Notes under the pieces: model-generated
Database searches by the model: none
What the model was told of the DNA's origin: nothing
What the model saw: only the letters and a program-made list of their open reading frames with translations
Source: an uncultured Candidatus Saccharibacteria bacterium
GTDB lineage: Bacteria; Patescibacteriota; WWE3; UBA101185; 2-01-FULL-41-18
NCBI GenBank assembly: GCA_964636285.1
Contig: CAZWQF010000001.1
Location: 76,908-140,907 of the forward strand
Direction: 5' to 3'
DNA length: 64,000 bases
Translations under genes and position numbers: made by a program
In this document: one piece after another, positions 8,680-17,588 of the stretch
Numbering within the stretch: position 1 is the stretch's first letter
How the letters are laid out: every line of letters begins with the position of its first letter

Positions 8680-11145
8680 ATGGAAAAAAATTATAATTTT
8701 AAAGAACTTGAGCCTCAAATTTATAAGAAGTGGGAGGAAAGAAAAGCCTTCACTCCTAAAATAGATAAAAATAAAAAGCCCTTCACTATTGTTTTGCCTC
8801 CTCCTAACGCAAGCGGAAAAATGCACACAGGAAACGTGCTCATGATTGCTATAGAGGATATTTTAATCAGATGGAATCGAATGAAAGGGATTCCTTCATT
8901 ATGGGTTCCTGGAACTGACCACGCAGGATTTGAAACACAAATTACCTACGAGAAAGCTTTAGCAAAAGAAGGTAAATCCAGGTTTGATTTTAAAAGAGCA
9001 GAGCTTTACCAAAGAATTTGGGATTTTGTGCAAACAAATAGAAGTGCTGTAGAAGAACAAATAAAACGAATGGGAGCCAGCGTTGACTGGAGCAGAAACA
9101 CTTTCACCTTAGACCCAAGAGTTGTAAGTACAGTTCATGACACCTTTATAAAAATGTATAACGACGGGCTTGTGTATAGGGGAGAGCATATTGTCAACTA
9201 CTGTCCCAAATGCGGAACAACTTTTGCAGATCTTGAGATTATTCATGAAGAAAGAAAAGACCCCTTGTTTTACATTAAGTATAAGCTTGTAGACAGAAAA
9301 CCGAATGAGCCCGAATTTCTTGTTGTAGCAACAGTGAGGCCAGAGACTATTTTTGTAGATACACATTTAGCAGTGAATCCAAAAGATAAAAAGAATTCAA
9401 AATGGGCAAAAGAAAATAGAAAAGTTATTAATCCTTTGAGTGGTGTTGAGATGGAATTTATTGAGGACTCTTTTGTTGATCCAAAGTTTGGGACTGGAAT
9501 AGTAAAGCTGACACCGGCTCACGATAAAAATGATTTTGAAGCAGCAGTTAAGCACGGACTTATGAAAGGCAAAATTTTTGCTGAAGTAAGCATTGTAGAT
9601 ACTCAGGGGAGAATGATAAAGAATAATTTGCCAATTGTTGGAGAAACTAATTTCAAAGAAATTTTTGGAGGGAAGAAAGTTTTGGAAGCAAGAAAAATGG
9701 TAATGGAAAAGCTTCAGACAGATGGAGCTGTTGAGAAGATTGATACAGAGTACCTTCATTCAGTTTCACTTTGTTATAAAGGCAATCACGAAGTAGAGCC
9801 TCTAGTTTTGCCAAACTGGTTTGTAAAAGTTGATGACGAGAAAATTTCGTTTAAAAAACCTGCTTATGAAGCTGTAAAAAAAGGCGAAGTTAAGATATAT
9901 CCAAAGTGGAGGGAAAAGACATATTTGAGATGGATGGAGGAAATGAGGGATTGGCCGATTTCAAGACAAACTATATGGGGGATTCAAATTCCAGTCTGGT
10001 ATCCCGTAACGGGAAATGAAAATCAAATTAATGTATCTTGGGTTGAAGAAATTACCGAAACAGGAGAAAAATTAAATCATACAAACACCTTGGGGTATTT
10101 TTTGGAAAACCTTTCTCATGAAGAGATAATTAAGAAACTGCAGAAAATTAAAGGAGGTTTGCAAAGAGTATTTGCAAAGCCTTTAGTGAGACCTATTCTT
10201 TCAAAAAATGACCCATCTACTGACTCTGAAACTTATTTTCCAGAAACCGATACTTTTGACACATGGTTTTCGTCCGGGCAGTGGCCGTTAGTAACATTAG
10301 GCTTTGGAGATCCTGAAAGAAAAGAAGACTTTGATTATTTTTATCCTACATCAGTTTTGGAAACAGGGTGGGAGATCATTAGATTCTGGGTTTCACGAAT
10401 GATGATGTTCGGAATTTATTTAACGGGAAAAGCCCCTTTCCATTCGATTTATTTACATGGACTTGTAAGGGCGATTGATGGAAAAAAGATGAGCAAAAGC
10501 CTTGGAAATGTGATTAATCCTGAAGAATACATTGCGGAATATGGTGTTGATGCACTGCGAATGGGACTTATTTCAGGAACGGCTGGCGGAAAAGATTTTA
10601 ATTTTCCAAAAGACAAAATAATTGCTTACAGGAATTTTGGAAACAAACTTTGGAACATGGCAAGATTTATGCTCATGATGCTAGAAAAAGCGAATGGGGT
10701 AGACGGTTCCAATGCCCTAAATGAAGCTAACATTGTGTTGGAAAATAACAATAAAGTAGGAAAACTGAATCTAGTAGAAGTTGATGATAAGAAGTCAAAA
10801 AAATTATTAAAAGATGAAGATAAAGAAATTCTTAAAAAACTAAATAGTGTTGTAAAGACTGTTGATAAGAATTTGGAGAAGTTTAGATTTTCACAAGCTG
10901 GAGAAGTGATCTATCAGTTTATGTGGCATGATGTTGCAGATGTATACATAGAACAAGTAAAAGTAAGGGAAGATAAAGAAGTTGCTTTGGGAGTTTTGAT
11001 GCATGTATATAAAACAGGATTAAAGCTTTTGCATCCATTTATGCCTTTTGTAACCGAAGCTATTTGGGATGAGGTTGCTATAACAAATGAGATGTCAGAT
11101 TTGCTACTTGCTGAGTCATTGTGGCCATCTTCTAGCAAGATATAG
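8680..11145 (+). CDS. valS: Valine--tRNA ligase (no C-terminal coiled coil)
   Basis: PPPNASG, PGTDHAG, GTGIVKLTPAHD, DWPISRQ, DTWFSS, KMSKS, LHPFMPFVTE. Confidence 0.96.
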   Translation: MEKNYNFKELEPQIYKKWEERKAFTPKIDKNKKPFTIVLPPPNASGKMHTGNVLMIAIEDILIRWNRMKGIPSLWVPGTDHAGFETQITYEKALAKEGKSRFDFKRAELYQRIWDFVQTNRSAVEEQIKRMGASVDWSRNTFTLDPRVVSTVHDTFIKMYNDGLVYRGEHIVNYCPKCGTTFADLEIIHEERKDPLFYIKYKLVDRKPNEPEFLVVATVRPETIFVDTHLAVNPKDKKNSKWAKENRKVINPLSGVEMEFIEDSFVDPKFGTGIVKLTPAHDKNDFEAAVKHGLMKGKIFAEVSIVDTQGRMIKNNLPIVGETNFKEIFGGKKVLEARKMVMEKLQTDGAVEKIDTEYLHSVSLCYKGNHEVEPLVLPNWFVKVDDEKISFKKPAYEAVKKGEVKIYPKWREKTYLRWMEEMRDWPISRQTIWGIQIPVWYPVTGNENQINVSWVEEITETGEKLNHTNTLGYFLENLSHEEIIKKLQKIKGGLQRVFAKPLVRPILSKNDPSTDSETYFPETDTFDTWFSSGQWPLVTLGFGDPERKEDFDYFYPTSVLETGWEIIRFWVSRMMMFGIYLTGKAPFHSIYLHGLVRAIDGKKMSKSLGNVINPEEYIAEYGVDALRMGLISGTAGGKDFNFPKDKIIAYRNFGNKLWNMARFMLMMLEKANGVDGSNALNEANIVLENNNKVGKLNLVEVDDKKSKKLLKDEDKEILKKLNSVVKTVDKNLEKFRFSQAGEVIYQFMWHDVADVYIEQVKVREDKEVALGVLMHVYKTGLKLLHPFMPFVTEAIWDEVAITNEMSDLLLAESLWPSSSKI

Positions 11146-11185
11146 TTAAAAGTTTTATTTAATATTCCTCAAGTTAAGAAATGAA

Positions 11186-11221
11186 AAAGCCCCGGCAATC
11201 AGAGTTGAGTGTCGGGGCTTT
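11186..11221. terminator. Bidirectional terminator between valS and the convergent orphan
   Basis: AAAGCCCCGGCA / TGTCGGGGCTTT. Confidence 0.75.
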
Positions 11222-11235
11222 GTGTGGGTTCCTGA

Positions 11236-11619
11236 TCAGATTTCGTGGGTAATTCTGTACCAGGTTATTCGAAAATTGAGGGAGTTTAGAAATGCCTCCC
11301 AGCCCTCATCCCATTTCTTTAGGTGCTCTGGGATTGTACCTTTTGCTACTAGTAATATGTCTGTGTTGGCATCGGATCCTTCAACGTCGAACATACGCAA
11401 GAAGTAGCCTGCGTGCAGAATCATAATTCTTTCTATGGCTCTTTGAATCCTTTCAGGAGGGTTCTGAGCCCATTCCTTGCTCACGCATGAAACCACTTGC
11501 TTGAGATAGATCTCCATGCTTCCTGGATCACCTCTTTTGAATCGATCCCTAAACATCGGAAGGCTCGCTTTGAATATTGTGTCTAGAGTTCTTTCTACGA
11601 GTTCTGCGTCAGGTTGCAT
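11236..11619 (-). CDS. Orphan helical protein (127 aa)
   Basis: SD GGGAG; flanked by hairpins on both sides. Confidence 0.65.
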   Translation of the reverse strand: MQPDAELVERTLDTIFKASLPMFRDRFKRGDPGSMEIYLKQVVSCVSKEWAQNPPERIQRAIERIMILHAGYFLRMFDVEGSDANTDILLVAKGTIPEHLKKWDEGWEAFLNSLNFRITWYRITHEI

Positions 11620-11651
11620 CCTGTGTCTCTCCCTATGTTACCTTGCGGTTG

Positions 11652-11707
11652 AAAAGGCCCGCGGGGAAGGTTGTGAGATAAATCTTCCTTCCTATCCACC
11701 GCGGGCC
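11652..11707 (-). terminator. Complex 3' hairpin of the M23/SLT operon
   Basis: GGCCCGCGG (11656-11664) / CCGCGGGCC (11699-11707), inner GGAAGG/CCTTCC helix, UUUU tail. Confidence 0.7.
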
Positions 11708-11719
11708 CTTAAGGTGTTG

Positions 11720-12475
11720 CTAGTGTTGTTGGGCGTTTCCCTGTTCCTGGCTGTGTATTCGTAATGCGCCTAGAACAGCACCCATCAATTGATTCGCAGT
11801 GCCTTCTGCTTCTTGGATTTCTTTCTGTTTGGCTTTCTGGTCCATGAATTGACCTTTTAACGCCTCAATTTGCTTTTTGAGGTGCTGAGGGTCTTGGACG
11901 CCAGGGAAGTTATACCCCCTTCCCTTTGCCACAAACTTGATATCTCCTGTGCTTAGTACCCTGATCAATACCGGATTTACTCCTCGGCCTTCAATCCAGG
12001 CAGCAAATCCAGATGTTAAACCAGAGAACCAGCCTCTATTTACATTGACACTCTCCAGATCCAAAAACTCAACCCCAGCTAGTTCGTCTCTGAGACGACT
12101 AGGTTGCCAGCCTTCATTAATGTTGATCCTTCCGGCATTCATATCCACTGAGATGAAGGCTGTGGAGTGTACAGCATAGTAGAGTGCGTAGAACCCAAGG
12201 GTAAGGGCGGCTATACCGAACAAAACCCAGCCTAAGCTTGGGATTTGGTCAAGCCAGCTTGTGTTCTCTTGAATCCACCATGGCATGGCAATGCTTGCAA
12301 CCGCTCCTACATTCAGTAGTAGCCCTTTAGGCGTAAAGAGCGCCATTCCAAGCAGATTTCTTCTAACCTTAAATTCCGTCTCCGTCTCCGTGTGAGAGGT
12401 GCGGCTTTGCGCTTGTGGGCTCTTCACTTTTGGTGGCCCCAAGCACAGGCGCTGATTCAGCCTGGCTGGGTCCAT
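11720..12475 (-). CDS. Two-TM membrane protein with probable bacterial PH (bPH_2/YdbS-like) domain
   Basis: EFKVRR then 2 TM, DLESVNVNRG, TGDIKF, FPGVQDP pattern; start codon uncertain. Confidence 0.55.
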   Translation of the reverse strand: MDPARLNQRLCLGPPKVKSPQAQSRTSHTETETEFKVRRNLLGMALFTPKGLLLNVGAVASIAMPWWIQENTSWLDQIPSLGWVLFGIAALTLGFYALYYAVHSTAFISVDMNAGRININEGWQPSRLRDELAGVEFLDLESVNVNRGWFSGLTSGFAAWIEGRGVNPVLIRVLSTGDIKFVAKGRGYNFPGVQDPQHLKKQIEALKGQFMDQKAKQKEIQEAEGTANQLMGAVLGALRIHSQEQGNAQQH

Positions 12476-12923
12476 CCTTTTCCTCAGGTTTGAGAAGAAT
12501 CTGCGTAGCCAGGAGAATTATCCCCATGACAATTAGCCACGTGACTGAGGTCAGGATCCAGTCAAAGTTGAAGAGCTTCCAAATCGCGATAGTGATCGCA
12601 TACATAAGAATCAGGAAGCCGTATCCTTTAAACGGACTTCCTTTTCCTAGGATAGTGATCAGTTTCTTTCCTTGTGTCGTGAGGGTTGTGGAAAGAGCCA
12701 GAAAGAACCCCAGAGCCAGAAGCCCAGAATCAAGCGCAGCGTCAGCAATGATGGCTGCGTTGTCTGGCTTGTAGGGAATATCTTTCATCGATCCCGTGTT
12801 GAATGTTTCCCAGGCACTCTGTATTCCGGTGTACGAAAAGTACACTCCAAATAACACAAAAATGCCGATAGGGATGAGCGCCGAGATCATTGTTCTCATG
12901 TTAAGGTCTTGAGCTGATTTCAT
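12369..12923 (-). CDS. Four-TM orphan membrane protein
   Basis: Four hydrophobic segments; ATGA overlap with upstream gene; SD AAGGAG. Confidence 0.7.
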   Translation of the reverse strand: MKSAQDLNMRTMISALIPIGIFVLFGVYFSYTGIQSAWETFNTGSMKDIPYKPDNAAIIADAALDSGLLALGFFLALSTTLTTQGKKLITILGKGSPFKGYGFLILMYAITIAIWKLFNFDWILTSVTWLIVMGIILLATQILLKPEEKDGPSQAESAPVLGATKSEEPTSAKPHLSHGDGDGI

Positions 12924-14062
12924 TGGTAACTCCTTGTCTTGTTACAGATGTGAAGTCCGTAAGTTTGACATGCTATCGATTGGTTCCTGGGGGGGGCAAT
13001 GTTTGCTGGAGGTTGGTTGGGACTTGGTGGGAGATTGGGAGGTATAACCTCGGGAGGCCCGCCCTTCACAATAGTCGCTGGTCCTTCCTCCATCCAGCCC
13101 GACATATTCGCTTGGATCTCTTCTAAGCGTTTTTCAGGCTCTCCTTCCAGTGGTCTTTGCCCTAGCAGGAAGTTCAAGTCCTTAGCTGTAAGAAGGACCA
13201 CAACGGGTTGAAACTGCCGTGTGTTATCCGGCCAGCTAACTTGAACTTCAAGTGTTGCCCCATCGCTTCTTTCCGGGGCGTTTCCTGTGAACCTACCGGT
13301 TTGGACTTTCAGTCCATAGAGATACAGGAGCTCTTCACCGGTTGGGGTACGTCCAGAGATGTTGAGAACCTTCACCCAGAAGAGCACTTCATAGGCAATA
13401 TGCACTCGTGGGTTGACTTTCAAGACTTCTTCAGCAACCTGTTTCAATCGCGTGGCATTTTCTGGCGTGACTGGGCCGTGAAGTTCATCAACCATGGGCT
13501 TGAGAGCTGTTGCTTGTTCAAGTACCCATATGCCAAGCAAGTCCTTTGGGTAGTTTGATACTGCCAAACGGGCCTGCTCCAAAGCTTTGTTGACGTCAGC
13601 GCCATCGCTACTCAGAGCATATGTATCTGGTGCCGCCCCCGGTTGCAGACCAAAGAGGTACTGAAGTGCCACATGGCTCTCGATCGAACCTGGTTTTGGA
13701 AGGAGCTCCGCAATCGGTGTTTCGACCACAGGGACTTGCACCGTTTGACCTGCTTGCGTAGGGACCAATGCACTTACTGTTGGGGTCACAACGCTTGCTG
13801 GAAAAAGGTTCTCGCCAGTGCTGGCAAAGTAACCTTCTTGAGCGCCAGGGGCAAGGTCTCCTCCCAATTGCTTTGTGTCCCCCACAAAGAAGAAAACTCC
13901 AGCTATGTATTTGTATAGGGAGTCCTTCATATAGGGGTTTCTATATGCCCCTGAAGCTGCGGCGAGAATAACTGACAGTGTGAGGATAAACCCAACCAGT
14001 GCCCTAAACAATTTGGTAGGGGATGTAATTAGTTGAGCTACTCCATCAAGGAAGTCTTTCAT
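12920..14062 (-). CDS. Single-TM orphan protein with Pro-rich linkers
   Basis: N-terminal TM, PPNLPPSPNQPP tail; follows the hydrolase gene by 16 nt. Confidence 0.7.
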   Translation of the reverse strand: MKDFLDGVAQLITSPTKLFRALVGFILTLSVILAAASGAYRNPYMKDSLYKYIAGVFFFVGDTKQLGGDLAPGAQEGYFASTGENLFPASVVTPTVSALVPTQAGQTVQVPVVETPIAELLPKPGSIESHVALQYLFGLQPGAAPDTYALSSDGADVNKALEQARLAVSNYPKDLLGIWVLEQATALKPMVDELHGPVTPENATRLKQVAEEVLKVNPRVHIAYEVLFWVKVLNISGRTPTGEELLYLYGLKVQTGRFTGNAPERSDGATLEVQVSWPDNTRQFQPVVVLLTAKDLNFLLGQRPLEGEPEKRLEEIQANMSGWMEEGPATIVKGGPPEVIPPNLPPSPNQPPANIAPPRNQSIACQTYGLHICNKTRSYQ

Positions 14063-14078
14063 TTTTTCCTCGCTTTCC

Positions 14079-16235
14079 TTACGGCATAATTCCGTATTCT
14101 ACAAATTCGCTCTCAGTGAAGAGAGGTGTTGTAGTCATACGCACTATGCTGTATAGGACTTGAATTGTTTGTTGCTCTAGGTTTTGCCCTATCGGCAATC
14201 CAAGAATTACAGATGGGTCTATTGTCCCTGCTTGTTTGCTTGTGATTGGTTGTTCAGGTTGATTCCCTGAGACAGACCACACATAGCCATTTTCTCCTTT
14301 TGTTGCTGCAATAGCGTATGCAATTTTCAGAGATCTCAAGAGGAATAACTGGAGCGGAACATTTTTCTGCGTGCTACCTTTAGCGTCAGAAGTGTACATT
14401 ACCGCTGCGGAGAGTACGCTGTTCCAGCCTTCATCAGCTTGTGTGTTTTGAATCCTTCCTTCTTCATCCCATGCGTTTCCTAGGAATCCGTACTTGTTTT
14501 CCAAGGTTTTGATTTGTGTTGCTCTTTGGCCTAGTGTCTCCCAATACCAAGCGCTTTTTGGGTCGTCCCATGCGCCAGGGTTATAGCCACATAGTGAGCT
14601 CCATATGTCACCTGTAGCAATCCAGCTTCCCCAGCACCCCCTTGTAATGAGGTGCCTAGTAGTGCAATCTGCCACAGAAGATGGGTTGTTCCATGGGTCC
14701 ATTGGGCTGTTTGCACATAGCTGTCCAGGAGCAAAATACGAAGGTAGGATTTGTGTCCTGCCTACAGCCCCAGCAGAGGATCCCATGATTTCAAGTGGGC
14801 TGATAAACCTACCAATTCTTTGTGGTAAGTCAGTTCTGGTGTTGAGCCAGTTTGCAATTGCTACAAGGCCCTCTCGTTGGAGTTTTGCCTCATTTGAAAT
14901 CTTCATGCCTAGCACAACACTTTGGTACCAACTTACTGGCCATCTTTCCTCTACGGCATACCAGGCTATGTGGTAACCCCAAGGGCCAGGAGTAGTCGGA
15001 TCAATGTTTCCCCATTCGTTCTGGTTCGTTTCCCCAAAGGGAATTGAGGCAGCAACGCTTGGCGGAAATACAAATCCATTTTCTCCAGACTCAACAGGAC
15101 TCCCATTTTCATCTCTAGGTACCGCAGCTTTATAGAAAGCCCACAGGAGTTCTGGGTCATATCCAATCTCGGATGCTGCAAGTACAAAAACTCCAGGTGC
15201 CTTGCTTGTTTGAGACTGTACATAACCCTTGGTCACAGAAGGGAGGGGAAAGAGTGGGATTTTTGCGATCACCAGAATTGCAAATACGGAGAGGATCGGC
15301 GACAGAATTGTAAGAACTCTGCTGAAGGTCATTTCCGTGATTCGAATTGGTGCTGTCAAAATCCTAATGGCTCTTCTTAGGTCTGCCACCACTCCCACCA
15401 TTGTGACTTCACGTCTGGGGGTTTGTCTTGGCCTGAATACAAACGTAAATCCGTAATATAGAAGCAGTGTTAATGATGTGATGAGAAGTAGGAGTTGGCT
15501 GAAGACCTGGAAAACCATGCTTGTTAGAAGCTTGGTGTACCATTCCTCCCACCACAGCATTGGAATCTGCACTTTGTTGATTTCTGCAATCTCAAGTGCG
15601 GCTTGCACGCTGTTTTGGATCTGGCTTGAAGTAGCCCCTTCTTCCCCGGTGGTACCATCCGCGTACCCTAGGTACTCCGATGGGTTTAACCACTTAACTT
15701 GCTTCAGGTCCTCCACAGTGTGGATGGTTCTGGGATCAATAGCTGTGACACCAAAGTGCACATGATCCGCATTCCCAAAGCCAGACTCACCGATTCTACC
15801 AACAACTCCAACGAGCTGCCCTTTTTCAACCCAATCTCCAACCTTAACAATTGGATTTAAGGTGATGGATTCCTCATCTAGGTGCACATACTGTGTGTAG
15901 AGCACTTCTGCTCCGCAAGTATGCGCAATCCAGATCGAGTTTTCCCATTTCCCTCCAACTTGATCGGGCCAGTCTCCCATGAGCACAACGCGTCCGCTTT
16001 CGGAAGCGTGTACTGGCGTTCCTGCACCTCCAAGAAGATCAATGCCTGAATGGCTATTTGATACCTCAAAGGGAGTCTCTGCTCCAAAGGCTAGCGCCCC
16101 AACTTTGGCTCCTGGTATAGGAGTATCAAAGTCGCAGCTTGCATCAGCCAATGAAGCATTGGTTATACCTTGTGCTGCTCCTGTTATTGCTAGGAGAGCA
16201 GCTACCAACAAACTTCTCAGTCCTTTGGTTTCCAT
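14079..16235 (-). CDS. Bifunctional peptidoglycan hydrolase: signal peptide, M23 endopeptidase, 2 TM, lysozyme-like/SLT domain
   Basis: HSGID..GTPVHA, YVHL, HVHF (M23); GET, SSAGAVGRTQILPS, YNPG (SLT-like). Confidence 0.8.
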   Translation of the reverse strand: METKGLRSLLVAALLAITGAAQGITNASLADASCDFDTPIPGAKVGALAFGAETPFEVSNSHSGIDLLGGAGTPVHASESGRVVLMGDWPDQVGGKWENSIWIAHTCGAEVLYTQYVHLDEESITLNPIVKVGDWVEKGQLVGVVGRIGESGFGNADHVHFGVTAIDPRTIHTVEDLKQVKWLNPSEYLGYADGTTGEEGATSSQIQNSVQAALEIAEINKVQIPMLWWEEWYTKLLTSMVFQVFSQLLLLITSLTLLLYYGFTFVFRPRQTPRREVTMVGVVADLRRAIRILTAPIRITEMTFSRVLTILSPILSVFAILVIAKIPLFPLPSVTKGYVQSQTSKAPGVFVLAASEIGYDPELLWAFYKAAVPRDENGSPVESGENGFVFPPSVAASIPFGETNQNEWGNIDPTTPGPWGYHIAWYAVEERWPVSWYQSVVLGMKISNEAKLQREGLVAIANWLNTRTDLPQRIGRFISPLEIMGSSAGAVGRTQILPSYFAPGQLCANSPMDPWNNPSSVADCTTRHLITRGCWGSWIATGDIWSSLCGYNPGAWDDPKSAWYWETLGQRATQIKTLENKYGFLGNAWDEEGRIQNTQADEGWNSVLSAAVMYTSDAKGSTQKNVPLQLFLLRSLKIAYAIAATKGENGYVWSVSGNQPEQPITSKQAGTIDPSVILGLPIGQNLEQQTIQVLYSIVRMTTTPLFTESEFVEYGIMP

Positions 16236-16450
16236 CTTGCTCTCCTTTCAGGAGTAGATTTTGGTGCAACTTATGCTCTGCACCTGAGCTTATCTTCCCA
16301 ATTTTCTTTCTCTTACCTAAACGTTCCTTATTTTCTTTTCAAAGTTCAAAGCCCCTCCACCTATCCATCCGATCAACCACATTTAGTAGTTTGACAGTCA
16401 GGTGATATAAATTGTTTTATTGAATAATTTATGGGCTTTTAGATGCAGTG

Positions 16451-16479
16451 ATTTTAGACCCATGTATAAACAGAGTCAA
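16451..16479 (-). promoter_or_regulatory. sigma70-type promoter of the M23/SLT operon
   Basis: TTGACT-17 bp-TAAAAT on the minus strand. Confidence 0.55.
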
Positions 16480-16540
16480 ACGGATTTTATGATAACTATA
16501 GGATAATTTGCCTATAACCCAAAGTAGACCTCAATGAAAA

Positions 16541-17224
16541 CTAGTCCTTCTTTTCGTCTTTCTTTGCGGCGGCTTTTGCAGCTTTCTGCTCTTCTGTTAA
16601 CTGCTCTGTAGCAGCAACATTAGCAACAAGCTCTGCCTCTGAAGGTGCTTCAGCTGGCGCTTCTTCCTTCATTTCGGCGTAGTCAATCTTAACTACAAGC
16701 TCGTCCTCTTCTCTTCCAATAACATCAACCTTTGTTCTATCAATCTTAAGGTCTTTAACTGCAATTGACTGATCAAGCTCTATAAGCCCTGTTATATCAA
16801 CATCAATCGAATGGGGAATGTCGGATGGGAAACACTCTACCTCTAACTCATCAATAAGTGTAAGCAAAAGACCTTCTCCTGATTTAACAATTGGGGATTC
16901 CCCTATAAATCTGACTGGGACCTGTGCCTTAATCTTCTCTTTAAGGTTAACTTTATGCAAATTTGCGTGAATAATAAAATCTTTTACTGGATCAAAATCT
17001 ACATCTGAAATTAGAACTTTTCCAAATTCTTTACCATCAAGCTTTACATCAACAAGGGATGTTTCTCCTGCTCTTCTAAAAACTTTATCAAATTCAAGTA
17101 AGCTGAGGGTAATTGCAACAGAATCTTCACCTTTTCCAAAAATTACGCCTGGGATTTGTCCCTTGCTTCTGAGGGTTTTGCTTTTTTTACCAAGTACTGT
17201 TCTTTTTGTTGCATTAAGTTCCAT
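16541..17224 (-). CDS. rplY: 50S ribosomal protein bL25/Ctc
   Basis: LRSKGQIPGVIFG, DFDPV..IIHANL, VPVRFIGESP, PSDIPHSIDVDI. Confidence 0.93.
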   Translation of the reverse strand: MELNATKRTVLGKKSKTLRSKGQIPGVIFGKGEDSVAITLSLLEFDKVFRRAGETSLVDVKLDGKEFGKVLISDVDFDPVKDFIIHANLHKVNLKEKIKAQVPVRFIGESPIVKSGEGLLLTLIDELEVECFPSDIPHSIDVDITGLIELDQSIAVKDLKIDRTKVDVIGREEDELVVKIDYAEMKEEAPAEAPSEAELVANVAATEQLTEEQKAAKAAAKKDEKKD

Positions 17225-17520
17225 AATTTTCCTTTTTTTAATACTAAGTGAAGATCAAGAAGATCGTCACTACTAACTGACTGTTTACCTATAAACTCCT
17301 TAATTTCTTCGGGCAATAAATCTGTTGTCACCGGAAGAATTCCGGAGCCTCCTAGCGTGATTGTTATCATGCTTTCAGCTTTACAGTTTGGACAAGTGAC
17401 ATGAGCTGTCACAGCAACGGGCATTTCTGAAATGGGAACTATACTTGCTCCATCCAGACTGGATCCGCACTTGTAACAGAAGGTTTTTAATAAGTGTTCC
17501 TTAATCAGTTTCTTGTCCAC
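17143..17520 (-). CDS. Zn-ribbon protein
   Basis: CYKC...CPNC; 3' end overlaps rplY by 82 nt. Confidence 0.7.
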   Translation of the reverse strand: MDKKLIKEHLLKTFCYKCGSSLDGASIVPISEMPVAVTAHVTCPNCKAESMITITLGGSGILPVTTDLLPEEIKEFIGKQSVSSDDLLDLHLVLKKGKLWNLMQQKEQYLVKKAKPSEARDKSQA

Positions 17521-17588
17521 GTGCTAGCGTATTTTATTGATAAACAAGCATTATGTCAATTGCGCTTTTACCTCTGTTACGGCCTTAA

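Noticed and set aside
16236-16290. Glycine riboswitch (CTCAGG and GAAAGGAG-like words)
   Set aside because: Elements are in the wrong order and the aptamer helices cannot be built
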